From the NCBI GenBank assembly GCA_044223005.1, contig JBGAML010000003.1:192001-256000 (forward strand): DNA of 64,000 nt. Reading direction: 5' to 3'. The notes under the pieces were generated by a model. The model was not told where the DNA came from. It made no database searches and saw only the letters and a list, made by a program, of their open reading frames with translations. The position numbers were made by a program, and so were the translations under genes. This document shows positions 1 to 10,546 of this stretch, piece by piece. Origin of the DNA: Candidatus Eiseniibacteriota bacterium (GTDB lineage: Bacteria; Eisenbacteria; RBG-16-71-46). The first letter of the stretch is position 1; every line of letters starts with the position of its first letter.

Positions 1-53
1 ACCCAGCCGTCGAGGTAGACCGTGCCGCAGCCGACGTGAAGCCGCAGGGACAT
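1..53 (-). CDS. 5' end of SAM-dependent methyltransferase (partial, runs off window)
   Basis: Reverse strand reads MSLRLHVGCGTVYLDGWV, a typical LHxGCG...GW methyltransferase N-terminus. Confidence 0.7.
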   Translation of the reverse strand, partial: MSLRLHVGCGTVYLDGW

Positions 54-126
54 GGCGCAGCGCCTTTCGTGTGGGACGTGGGTGTGCCGAAACGGGCGGC
101 GATGATGGCGCGTGGCCCCGGGCGGG

Positions 127-1880
<1,754 letters not shown>

Positions 1881-1887
1881 GCCGGCC

Positions 1888-2874
1888 GTGATCTCGGTCG
1901 TCGTGCCCACGCGCGGCGACGCCGGCAAGCTCGACGGCCTGCTGGGCGCGCTCGAAGCGCAGACGCTGCCGCGGGAACGGTTCGAGGTGCTGCTGGCAGT
2001 CGACGGCGCGACGCCGTCGCCGGAGCTCGAGGCGCGCGTCGTGGGCCTGAACGGCCGCGTGCTGTCGCTGGCCGAGCGGCGTGGCCCCGGCGCGGCGCGC
2101 AACGTGGCGGCGGCGCTGGCGCGCGGCGAATGGCTCGCGCTCACCGAGGACGACGTCGTACCCGCGCCCGACTGGCTCGAGCGCGCCGAGGCGCGCATGT
2201 CGCGCGAGCCCGCGCCCGACGTGATCGAGGGGCTCACGGTGCTGCCGGGCGGCCGCGCGCTGCGCAACCACCTGGTGGGACTGCCGCAGTTCATCCCGAC
2301 CAACCTGTTCGTGCGTCGCAGCTGGTACGCGCGCGTCGGCGGCTACGAAGAGGCGTTCTTCGACGCGGCGCATGGCCTCTACTTTCGCGAGGATTCCGAT
2401 TTCGGTTTCAAGCTCGAGGAGGCACGCGCCGTGATCGTGCACGACGACACCGTGCGCGTGACGCATCCCGACGAGCACCCGGGCTTCTGGGACCCGATGC
2501 GCTGGGCCGCGCGCTACGAGATGGATCCGCTGCTCGCGCTCCGCCACCCGCGGCTCTTCCGCGAGCGCATCGAGGTGCACCAGGTGGGACCGGTACGCGT
2601 GCGCCGCCCGATCGTGCGCGCCTGTGTCGGTGCCGTCCTCGCGGTGCTGCTCGCGCTGGCGCTGGCCGTGGCCGGCCGCGGCGCGTCGTCGGCCCCGCTG
2701 CTCGCGATCGCGGTGCTGTGCATGCTCGCGGTGTGGGCGAAGTGGAAGTTCCACCCGCTGCGGCTGCCGATGGCGTTCCTCGTGCCGCCGGCCATGACGG
2801 TGGCCCTGCTACGCGGCCAGTTCCGCGCGGCCGCGTGGGCGAAGGCGCGGGAACAACGGAAGGCGAGCCCGTAA
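1888..2874 (+). CDS. Glycosyltransferase family 2 with C-terminal TM helices
   Basis: ISVVVPT, GPGAARN, EDD (DxD-like), GGY...REDSDF; GTG start at 1888. Confidence 0.85.
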   Translation: MISVVVPTRGDAGKLDGLLGALEAQTLPRERFEVLLAVDGATPSPELEARVVGLNGRVLSLAERRGPGAARNVAAALARGEWLALTEDDVVPAPDWLERAEARMSREPAPDVIEGLTVLPGGRALRNHLVGLPQFIPTNLFVRRSWYARVGGYEEAFFDAAHGLYFREDSDFGFKLEEARAVIVHDDTVRVTHPDEHPGFWDPMRWAARYEMDPLLALRHPRLFRERIEVHQVGPVRVRRPIVRACVGAVLAVLLALALAVAGRGASSAPLLAIAVLCMLAVWAKWKFHPLRLPMAFLVPPAMTVALLRGQFRAAAWAKAREQRKASP

Positions 2875-2883
2875 GTTCGAAGG

Positions 2884-3038
2884 CGTTCCGCGTGCCGGCC
2901 GGGGACGTCGACGGACGGTGCGCCCGAGGCGCGAGCGAAGCCAGGGATGGCGTGAGCCGCGCCTGGATGCGGTGAGGTGAGGCAGGATGCCGAACCGAAC
3001 GGGCCGTCCGTCGACGTCCCCGGCCGGCGCGCGGAACG
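2884..3038 (+). repeat. Structured intergenic element: 35-bp inverted arms enclosing two GGA-loop hairpins (candidate ncRNA or MITE/REP-like)
   Basis: 2884-2918 is the reverse complement of 3004-3038 with 1 mismatch; inner hairpins GCCA-GGGA-TGGC and GGCA-GGA-TGCC. Confidence 0.8.
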
Positions 3039-3043
3039 TTCCG

Positions 3044-4441
3044 CTAGTACGCGCTCGCGTCGCGGAAGACGCGGCCGACCGTGAGCCAGAGGATCCGCAG
3101 GTCGAACAGCAGCGACCAGTGCTCGATGTAGTAGAGGTCGTACTGGATGCGCTGTTCCAGTGGCGTGTCGCCGCGCAGGCCGTTCACCTGCGCCCAGCCC
3201 GTGAGGCCCGCGCGCACGTGGTGGCGCAGCATGTACCGCGGAATGGACGCGCGGAAGCGGCCCACGTGCTCGGGCTGCTCGGGCCGCGGGCCCACCAGGC
3301 TCATGTCGCCCACGATCACGTTCCAGAGCTGCGGCAGTTCGTCGAGCGAGAGCCGGCGCAGCGTCGTGCCGAGTTTCGTGCGGCGCGGGTCGTCCTTCGT
3401 GGTCCAGCCGCCGCCCGCGGGATCGGCGTCCGCGCGCATGCTGCGGAACTTGATCATGCGGAACCGCCGGCCGTTGAGGCCCACGCGTTCCTGCGTGTAG
3501 AAGACCGGCCCCGGCGAGTCGAGCTTCACGAGCAGCGCGATCGCCAGCATCACCGGTGACGCGATCAGCAGCGCGACCGACGCGCCCACGAGGTCGAACG
3601 CGCGTTTGGCGACGGCGTTCCAGCCCTGCTCCGGGCTCTCGGTGACGAGCACGACCGGCATGCCGTCGAAGTCCTCGACGCTCGGGTTGAGCCGGTAGGC
3701 CGCCGAGAGATCGGGCACCATCCGCACGGCGACCGTGGAGTCCTCGAGCAGTTGCAGCGCGCGCTCCTCGGCCTGCCATTCCGAGCGCTGCAGGGCGAGG
3801 TAGATGATCTCGGCGCCGTGCCTCTCGGCGAGCCGAGGGAGGTCCTCGACCGTGCCGATCACCGGAACGCCGGCGACGCGCTCGGGCGCGCGGGCGGCGG
3901 ACTCCGCGACGAGCCCGTGCACCATGAGGCCGAAGTCGGCGTGCTGGCGGATCTTCGCGAGCAGGTGCTCGGCCGTGGCGCCGGTGCCCACCACGAGGAC
4001 GTGCCGCAGGTTCCGGCCGCTGCGCCGCAGCGTGCGCAGCCAGAGCCGCAGCACGATGCGGTCCGCGGTGAAGATCGCCATGGCGGTGACGTAGAAGACC
4101 ACGATGACCGCGCGCGAGAGCTCGCCGCGCACGAGGTACGAACCCAGCGCCGCGAGCGCCGCGGTGACCGCGAGCGACTGCGCGAGCGAGAACACCTCGT
4201 GGCCGATGCGTTCGGTGCGCGCCGAGCGGTAGAGCCGGAACGAGCGCAGCACGAGCAGCGCCGTCGGCACCAGCACCGCGCATGCCCAAAGGTAGGGCCG
4301 CAGCGGCGGCACACCGCGCGGGGCGGCGAGATGCAGCCCGAAGAAGCGCAGCCAGTAAGCGAGCAGCCACGCCGCCCCGACGAGCAGCCCGTCCTGGACG
4401 AACATGGCGGTGGCGAACAGCTGGCGACTGCGATTGAACAT
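3044..4441 (-). CDS. wcaJ: Undecaprenyl-phosphate glucose phosphotransferase (WcaJ family)
   Basis: N-terminal TMs, CoA-binding-like domain, KRAFD, KFRSM, SLDELPQLWNV, GDMSLVGPRPE, GLTGWAQVNG. Confidence 0.93.
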   Translation of the reverse strand: MFNRSRQLFATAMFVQDGLLVGAAWLLAYWLRFFGLHLAAPRGVPPLRPYLWACAVLVPTALLVLRSFRLYRSARTERIGHEVFSLAQSLAVTAALAALGSYLVRGELSRAVIVVFYVTAMAIFTADRIVLRLWLRTLRRSGRNLRHVLVVGTGATAEHLLAKIRQHADFGLMVHGLVAESAARAPERVAGVPVIGTVEDLPRLAERHGAEIIYLALQRSEWQAEERALQLLEDSTVAVRMVPDLSAAYRLNPSVEDFDGMPVVLVTESPEQGWNAVAKRAFDLVGASVALLIASPVMLAIALLVKLDSPGPVFYTQERVGLNGRRFRMIKFRSMRADADPAGGGWTTKDDPRRTKLGTTLRRLSLDELPQLWNVIVGDMSLVGPRPEQPEHVGRFRASIPRYMLRHHVRAGLTGWAQVNGLRGDTPLEQRIQYDLYYIEHWSLLFDLRILWLTVGRVFRDASAY

Positions 4442-4563
4442 GGGCGCGACTGTAGCCCAGAGCCCCCGGACCGCGCACCCGCGGTTCCGGCGGCAGAACT
4501 CCCGGGAACCCCGGCGCGCCGGAGGTGGTAGGAGCACGTGCTTCGCCCCGGAAAGGACGTTTC

Positions 4564-5256
4564 GTGAAACGCTCCCCGGCCGCCTTCGCGGCGCTGTTCC
4601 TCGCCGTCACCTGTTTCGGCTGCGACCCGCACCGCACGCTGTCCTCGACCCGCGGCGGCGACGCACTCGAATTGGTCGCATCGTCGCCCGTGGAGGTCGT
4701 GACGCTCTTCGCCGCCCGGTGGCGGGCGCGCGACGCCTCCGGCTACCTGTCGCTGCTGACGCGCGATTTCGGGTTCACGTACGGGCCCGGGGATTCCGCG
4801 GGCAGCTCCTCCCGCGTGAAGCCGTGGGACTTCGCGGCCGAGTCGACGTTCGTCACGCACATGCTCGTGGGGGGGGGCGCACGCGTGCCGCTCTCGGACG
4901 TGCAGGTCCGTTTCGTGGGTTCCCTCACGCCCACGGCCGACCTCCGGCCCGGCCACGCGAATCGCTGGCATCGGCTGGTGAGAGTCTTCGTGTACGTGAC
5001 GGGGGCGGCCGACTCCGCGGGTGTGCAACTCCTGCCCGCCGCATGGGGCGCATCGGATTTCTACCTCGTGCGGGGCGATTCGGCCCGGACCCGCCCGGGC
5101 TGCGCGTTGGGAGACCTCGCCGATTCCACGAGCTGGTACCTCGAACGCTGGGACGATCTGGGCAGCGGGCACGACGAGCCACCGCTCACGCTCGGCGGTC
5201 TGCGCCAGCGCTGGCTGGAGCCGGCCGCCGCGAAGGTCGCGGCGATCGCGCGCTGA
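4564..5256 (+). CDS. Putative lipoprotein, NTF2/SnoaL-like, paralogue of next gene
   Basis: RBS GAAAGGA, GTG start, lipobox-like FGC; LLTRDFGF, DLRPG, YLVRGDSA, WYLERWDD shared with neighbour. Confidence 0.65.
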   Translation: MKRSPAAFAALFLAVTCFGCDPHRTLSSTRGGDALELVASSPVEVVTLFAARWRARDASGYLSLLTRDFGFTYGPGDSAGSSSRVKPWDFAAESTFVTHMLVGGGARVPLSDVQVRFVGSLTPTADLRPGHANRWHRLVRVFVYVTGAADSAGVQLLPAAWGASDFYLVRGDSARTRPGCALGDLADSTSWYLERWDDLGSGHDEPPLTLGGLRQRWLEPAAAKVAAIAR

Positions 5257-5370
5257 TCGCCGACACGGGGACCGCCCACCTCGGAGCCGGTGCGTGCGGT
5301 CCCCGCGAGGTGGAGTGCCCTTTCCTGCAGGCGTAGACTCGGAGGCGACGTCCCCCGCCAGGAGTCGCTC

Positions 5371-6042
5371 GTGCGCCGCATCGCTCGCTTCTTCGCCCTC
5401 GTCCTGCTCGCGTCGTCGCTGTTCGCGTGTGCCCGCAAACACGCCACGGCACCGGTCGTGACCCCGGTGCCGGTCGCCGACTCTCCCAGGGCCGCCGTGC
5501 GGCTCTACTTCCAGGGGCTGGCGTCACGCGATCCCGCCGCGTGCCTGCGCCTCCTGACGGACGATTACACGTTCGTGTTCGCGGCGAACGATTCGAGCGG
5601 CGCCCCCTTCCGCACGACAGCCTGGGGACGGCTGGACGAGACGTCCTCGCTCGAGCACCTGTTCACGGGGGGCAGTTCGTCGCCCGTGGCCGCGGACTTC
5701 CAGGCCACGATCGACAACGCGCTCGTTCCGATGACCGACACGAGGCCCGGCAAGGACCCAGACGTCCACAAGGCCGTCTCGACGTCGCTCATGCTCCGGG
5801 TCACGTTCGATCGCAATGGCACGCCGGATGTCTGGGTGATCAATGGACGCGCCCTGCTCTACGTGGTCCGGGGCGATTCCGCGGCCATCGGACCCGAGCG
5901 GCTGGCGAGCGAGGGTTCACCGGCCGGCCGCTGGTACGTGTCGGGCTACGAGGACCAGACGGCGGGCAACCTCGCGCCCGGCTTCCATGCCGATCCCACC
6001 CGGAGCTATTCGTGGGGGAGCCTGAAGGCCGCGTACCGCTGA
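5371..6042 (+). CDS. Putative lipoprotein, NTF2/SnoaL-like, with C-terminal SWGSLKAAYR motif
   Basis: RBS AGGAG, lipobox LFAC; LLTDDYTF, DTRPG, YVVRGDSA, WYVSGYED. Confidence 0.7.
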   Translation: MRRIARFFALVLLASSLFACARKHATAPVVTPVPVADSPRAAVRLYFQGLASRDPAACLRLLTDDYTFVFAANDSSGAPFRTTAWGRLDETSSLEHLFTGGSSSPVAADFQATIDNALVPMTDTRPGKDPDVHKAVSTSLMLRVTFDRNGTPDVWVINGRALLYVVRGDSAAIGPERLASEGSPAGRWYVSGYEDQTAGNLAPGFHADPTRSYSWGSLKAAYR

Positions 6043-6161
6043 GCCGGGCGACTTGCGGACCGCGCCTAGGCGTCCGCCACCCGCCGCCGAGAGCGGCCCC
6101 GGGCGGCCCGCACGGGGTGGCCCCTGCCGCCGCCCGCCCGGAACGCGATCCCGCGGCCCGC

Positions 6162-6190
6162 TTGGCGGTCCGGGCGGCTTACCGTATACT
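6162..6190 (+). promoter_or_regulatory. sigma70-like promoter for rplS
   Basis: TTGGCG-N17-TATACT. Confidence 0.55.
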
Positions 6191-6247
6191 CCGCGCCCGC
6201 TTCCGCAGGCCCGTCTCACGGGCGCAATAGCCAGAAAGGAGCCCGTC

Positions 6248-6613
6248 ATGGGCCTCATCCAGAAGATCGAGAACAGCCAGCTCAAGAGCGAGGTTCCCGA
6301 CCTTCGCCCCGGCACCACCGTCGAGGTCAGCGTTCGCGTGATCGAAGGCGACAAGGAACGCCAGCAGAAGTTCAAGGGCGAGGTCACCAACGTGCGCGGC
6401 GCCGGCATGCGCAAGACGTTCACGGTCCGCAAGATCTCCGAGGGCATCGGAGTCGAGCGCACGTGGCCGCTGCACTCGCCGTCGATCGCCGGCATCAAGG
6501 TCGTCGGCCAGAAGAAGGTCCGCCGCGCGAAGCTCTTCTACCTGCGCAAGAAGAAGGGCAAGGCCGCTCGTCTCAAGGAGCGTGTCGTGCAGGGAGACGC
6601 GGCCGCGAAGTGA
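6248..6613 (+). CDS. rplS: 50S ribosomal protein L19
   Basis: EGDKERQQKF, TFTVRKIS.GIGVERTWPLHSP, KVRRAKLFYLR; RBS GAAAGGAG. Confidence 0.98.
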   Translation: MGLIQKIENSQLKSEVPDLRPGTTVEVSVRVIEGDKERQQKFKGEVTNVRGAGMRKTFTVRKISEGIGVERTWPLHSPSIAGIKVVGQKKVRRAKLFYLRKKKGKAARLKERVVQGDAAAK

Positions 6614-7242
6614 AGTCACCCCGCTGGCGCCGTCTGGCGCGCGCCGAGGCCCAGCTCGCCGGGTCGCGCGCCACGGTCGCCGGGGTGGACGAAGCCGGAC
6701 GTGGTCCCCTTGCCGGTCCGGTGGTCGCCGCCGCGGTCGTGCTGGATCCGTCGCTCGACTGGGACGGGTTCAACGACAGCAAGCAGCTCAGCGCGGCGAA
6801 GCGCGAAGAACATTACGCCCGGGTCCTCTCGCAGGCCCGGGCGTTCGCGTGGTGCGTCGTCGGTGCGCGCACGATCGATCGCGACAACATCCGGCGCGCG
6901 ACGCTCGAGGCGATGCGGCGTTCGGTGGCCCGGCTCCGCGTGGCACCCGAGCTCGTGCTGGTGGACGGCAACGACACCGTGCCAGGCCTGGTGTGCGAGC
7001 AGCAGTTCGTGATCGACGGTGACGCGACGTGCCTGTCGATCGCCGCGGCGAGCATCGTCGCGAAGGTCGTGCGCGACCGGATCATGACGCGGCTCGATCG
7101 CGTCTGGCCGCAGTACGGCTTCGCGCAGCACAAGGGCTACGGCACCGCCGAGCACCTTGCCGCACTGCGCGAACACGGCCCGTGTCCGCTGCATCGCCTC
7201 AGCTACGCGCCCGTGTCGGCGCTGGAACTGCCGCTGGGCTGA
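6610..7242 (+). CDS. rnhB: Ribonuclease HII
   Basis: GVDEAGRGPLAGPV, NDSKQL, VDGN, SIAAASIVAKVVRD, HKGYGT; GTGA overlap with rplS. Confidence 0.97.
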   Translation: MKSPRWRRLARAEAQLAGSRATVAGVDEAGRGPLAGPVVAAAVVLDPSLDWDGFNDSKQLSAAKREEHYARVLSQARAFAWCVVGARTIDRDNIRRATLEAMRRSVARLRVAPELVLVDGNDTVPGLVCEQQFVIDGDATCLSIAAASIVAKVVRDRIMTRLDRVWPQYGFAQHKGYGTAEHLAALREHGPCPLHRLSYAPVSALELPLG

Positions 7243-7258
7243 GCGAACGACGTCGCCG

Positions 7259-7426
7259 CTACCGCGTCAGCTTCCAGCCCAACCAGATACCCGCGAGCCC
7301 GCCGAGGGTGCTGCCGGCGAGTGACGTCAGCGAGAAGCCGGAGGCTCCCCACAGCGTGGGGATCCAGCCGCCGACGAATCCGCCGACGATCATGCCGAGC
7401 GTGATCATGCCGCGAGGACTGAACAT
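7259..7426 (-). CDS. Small 55-aa two-TM membrane protein (not in the ORF track)
   Basis: MFSPRGMITLGMIVGGFVGGWIPTLWGASGFSLTSLAGSTLGGLAGIWLGWKLTR*; AGGAG RBS; glycine-zipper helices. Confidence 0.8.
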   Translation of the reverse strand: MFSPRGMITLGMIVGGFVGGWIPTLWGASGFSLTSLAGSTLGGLAGIWLGWKLTR

Positions 7427-7535
7427 GAGGTGGGCGCGCTCCTGAGGTTCCGGCCCGAACGATGGATGCAGGTGCCATCGGCGCGCAAGACCCTGCGCTG
7501 AACGTCGGCGTGACGGGGGCTTCCGGAGAAGCGAA

Positions 7536-7564
7536 GGGCCGGGGTCCGCTTCGGACCCCGGCCC
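7536..7564 (-). terminator. Terminator-like hairpin after repeat-protein gene
   Basis: 13-bp perfect stem GGGCCGGGGTCCG/CGGACCCCGGCCC, weak U tract on minus strand. Confidence 0.65.
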
Positions 7565-7588
7565 CCCTGATTCCGGCGTTCGCGCGCG

Positions 7589-10546
7589 CTACTCGAGCAG
7601 CGTCAGCTTCTGCGTCCCCACGACGCGGTCGCCGAGGCGCATGCGGACGAAGTAGAGACCCGAGGGCAGCGCGCGGCCCTGCTCGTCGGTGGCCGCCCAC
7701 GCCTCGGTCCACTCGCCGGCGCCCTTCGCGCCCGGCGAGAGGTGCGCCACGCGGCGGCCGGCCATGTCGATCACGTCGAACGTGACCTCGGCCGCGTCAT
7801 GCAGCGCGTACTGCAGGTGCAGGCCCGCGCGGCCCGGGTTGGGCGAGGCGCCGTGCAGCGCGTCGCGCGCCGGCGGCGGCGCACCGTCCGCCGCGGTGAC
7901 GCCGTTGTTGATCCCGACGTCGAACTGCCCGTCGCCACCGTCGTTCACGACCACGACGCCGTACCAGCCGGTCGCGGGCGCGACGAAACTCTTCGAATAG
8001 GCGCTCTCCAGGATCGCGCCGCTGCGGGGCTGCCAGCTCACGCCACCGGTGGGCGCGAACATGCAGGCCTTCGCATCGAGCGTGTTGTCGTGCGTGAAGA
8101 ACGCCGTGTAGGTCTGGCCCGCGTTCAGGAACACGTCCCAGCTCTCCACCAGGAACGAGTTGGAGACGTGCCGCGTCGCGAATGGGCCACCGATTGCCAG
8201 CGTCTGGCCGCCGGGGAAGGCGCCCATGTATGCGGCCCCGGTGCCGGAGAATCGGTTCGCGCGTGCGTCGTACGTGCCGGGAGGATTGACGTTGAAATCG
8301 CCGACGACGAAGTCGGTCCGACCCGCGACGAAACTCGAGGCGGCGAGGATGCCGCTCGCGCATGCGCCGAGCGCCCCGCCCGTTGCCGAGCTGTACGCTC
8401 CGACGTCCCAGTCTTCGGCCGGCAATGCGGCGCGTACCGCGACCGGGGACCAGTAGCCGGCCGAGGGGACCCACGACGCGAGTTCGACGGGGTGATTCGT
8501 GACCCACGACGCCGGCGGCGCCGGCAGCGTCACGACGGGGTCGCACGTGCGGACGCGGACCCGGTAGCTGTCGGTCACTCCGTCGTCGTTGACGACGACG
8601 AGACCGTAGTAGCCCGTGGACGGCGCGGTGTAGGTCTGGGTGAGGGCCGTCTCGAACTGGGCGCTGCTGCGCCCGCTCCAGTAGACGCCGCCGGACGCAT
8701 TGCGGAAGAGCAGGAGCTGCAGGCCGGCGCCGCCGCCGTGCAGCAGGTCGAACGCGTACGTCTGGCCCGCGACCAGGCGCACGTCCCAGCACTTCACGAT
8801 CTCGCCGGGGCCGGTCTCGTAGAGCGGGAGGTTGTTGTCATTCGGGACGATCTGGTCACTGCCCGAATCCCACTGGACGTCGGCCGCCGAGAACGCCCCG
8901 ATCGTGAACTGGTCGGCCGCCACGTAGTACGTGCCGACCGGGTTCGCGTTGAAGTCGCCCACGACGAGGTCCATCACCGGAAGCGGGTACCCCGAGGTGC
9001 CGAGAACCGTCGTCGCGCAGAAGGGCCAGGAGCCGTTCACGTTGTCCTGGCTCACGCCCAGGTCCCAATCCACCGACGGATTCCGCACGCCGACCACGGT
9101 CCAGTACGCCGTGTTCTGCTGGAACGAGTAGTAGGCGTACGGGCGCGGCGTGGTCTCGATCGTGCCGGGGGTGAGCGCGGTCACCGCGCCACACTCCGCG
9201 ACCTCGAGCGTGTAGCCGGCGGCGAGCGCGGCGTCGTTCATGACCGCGATCCCGTAGTAGTCCGTCGTGGGCGCGGTGTAGTTGGCCGTCGTACCGGTGG
9301 TGAGGACGGCGCTGGGCCTGCCGACGAAGTAGGAGCCGCCTTCGGGATTGGCGAAGAGCGCCAGGTTGATCCCGGCCGGCGCACCGAAGTTGAACGTGTA
9401 CGTGTGTCCCGCCTGCAGGAACACGTTGTACATGTGCGCGAGGTCGCCCGCTCCGAACGAGGCCCCGGTCGCCTGCCCGTTGATCGTGAGGTCGCCCTGC
9501 GTGCTCGTGAACTGGACGCTCGCCGACGCGCCGCCCGAGAACTGCGACGCGTAGCCGAAGTACCAGCCCGGATTGGAGTGGTAGAAGTCGCCCACCACGA
9601 GGTCCACGGTTCCGCCGCCCAGCGCCGACGACGCGAGGACTCCCGACGGGCACTCGGGCGCGGCGCCGCCGGCCGGCGAGGATTCGAGTTTCGCGTCCCA
9701 GTCGCCACCGTTGCCGCGCACGGCGAGCCCCATCCACCACGGGAACGAGCCCTCGAACGCGAACGCGCCTCCCGGCGGCAGCGCGAACGCGGGCGTCGTC
9801 GTGGAAAGCGAGAGCGGCACGCCGCACGGACTCGAGCTCACGGCCAGCGTGTAGCCGAACGTGGCGGCGGCGTCGTTGATCACGACGAGCGCGTAGAAGC
9901 CGGTCGCGGGTGCGGTGTACGTCGTCGGGCCCGAGACCTCGAGCTGCGACGCCGAGCGGCCCGCCCAGTACGTGCCCCCGCCCGTGTTCCGGAAGAGCGC
10001 CAGGCGCCCCGACCCTCCCGTCTCGGGGAAGAAGTCGATCGCGTACGAGGTGCCCCCGATCAGGAAGACGTCGTAGACGCGGACGAGGTCGGGAGCGTAC
10101 ATGCTGTTCGCGTCGCCGGGAGAGTCGACGGTGATCGCGTCGGGGCCGTCGTCCCACTGGACGCTCGCGTCCGCGGCGCCCGAGTAGCGGTTGGCGACCG
10201 CGTAGTAGGTGCCGAGGGGATCCGCGTTGAAGTCGCCGATCACGAAATCGATGTTGCTGCCGGAGGCGACCGACGACGCGAGCTGGCCGCTCACGCACGC
10301 GGGATCGGCGGCCGTGCCGGAATAGACGCGCAGATCCCAGTCGTCGCCGGGCTGCGGCCGCACGGCGGCGGCCGTCCAGTAGAAGACGGACTGCGTGAAC
10401 GTGAAGTTGCCGGACGGAGCCGCGACGGGCGCCGCGACGCCGCTCGTGAGCGGCGTGTAGACGCAGGCGGCGTGCGCGGTCACCACGCCGGCGAGCGCGA
10501 ACGCGGCGAGCAGCGGCGCGGCGAGGACGTGCGTGCGCGCGGTCAT
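7589..10546 (-). CDS. Secreted protein, four ~213-aa tandem repeats (paired PPC-like beta domains) plus FlgD/T9SS-like C-terminal domain
   Basis: Signal peptide ending AHA; repeated YW..VR...DWD...C...D.VVGDF...G.TY...AP.T.YY..V.ND; CTD SPNP..D.AGRRV..GLYFVR..K. Confidence 0.85.
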   Translation of the reverse strand: MTARTHVLAAPLLAAFALAGVVTAHAACVYTPLTSGVAAPVAAPSGNFTFTQSVFYWTAAAVRPQPGDDWDLRVYSGTAADPACVSGQLASSVASGSNIDFVIGDFNADPLGTYYAVANRYSGAADASVQWDDGPDAITVDSPGDANSMYAPDLVRVYDVFLIGGTSYAIDFFPETGGSGRLALFRNTGGGTYWAGRSASQLEVSGPTTYTAPATGFYALVVINDAAATFGYTLAVSSSPCGVPLSLSTTTPAFALPPGGAFAFEGSFPWWMGLAVRGNGGDWDAKLESSPAGGAAPECPSGVLASSALGGGTVDLVVGDFYHSNPGWYFGYASQFSGGASASVQFTSTQGDLTINGQATGASFGAGDLAHMYNVFLQAGHTYTFNFGAPAGINLALFANPEGGSYFVGRPSAVLTTGTTANYTAPTTDYYGIAVMNDAALAAGYTLEVAECGAVTALTPGTIETTPRPYAYYSFQQNTAYWTVVGVRNPSVDWDLGVSQDNVNGSWPFCATTVLGTSGYPLPVMDLVVGDFNANPVGTYYVAADQFTIGAFSAADVQWDSGSDQIVPNDNNLPLYETGPGEIVKCWDVRLVAGQTYAFDLLHGGGAGLQLLLFRNASGGVYWSGRSSAQFETALTQTYTAPSTGYYGLVVVNDDGVTDSYRVRVRTCDPVVTLPAPPASWVTNHPVELASWVPSAGYWSPVAVRAALPAEDWDVGAYSSATGGALGACASGILAASSFVAGRTDFVVGDFNVNPPGTYDARANRFSGTGAAYMGAFPGGQTLAIGGPFATRHVSNSFLVESWDVFLNAGQTYTAFFTHDNTLDAKACMFAPTGGVSWQPRSGAILESAYSKSFVAPATGWYGVVVVNDGGDGQFDVGINNGVTAADGAPPPARDALHGASPNPGRAGLHLQYALHDAAEVTFDVIDMAGRRVAHLSPGAKGAGEWTEAWAATDEQGRALPSGLYFVRMRLGDRVVGTQKLTLLE

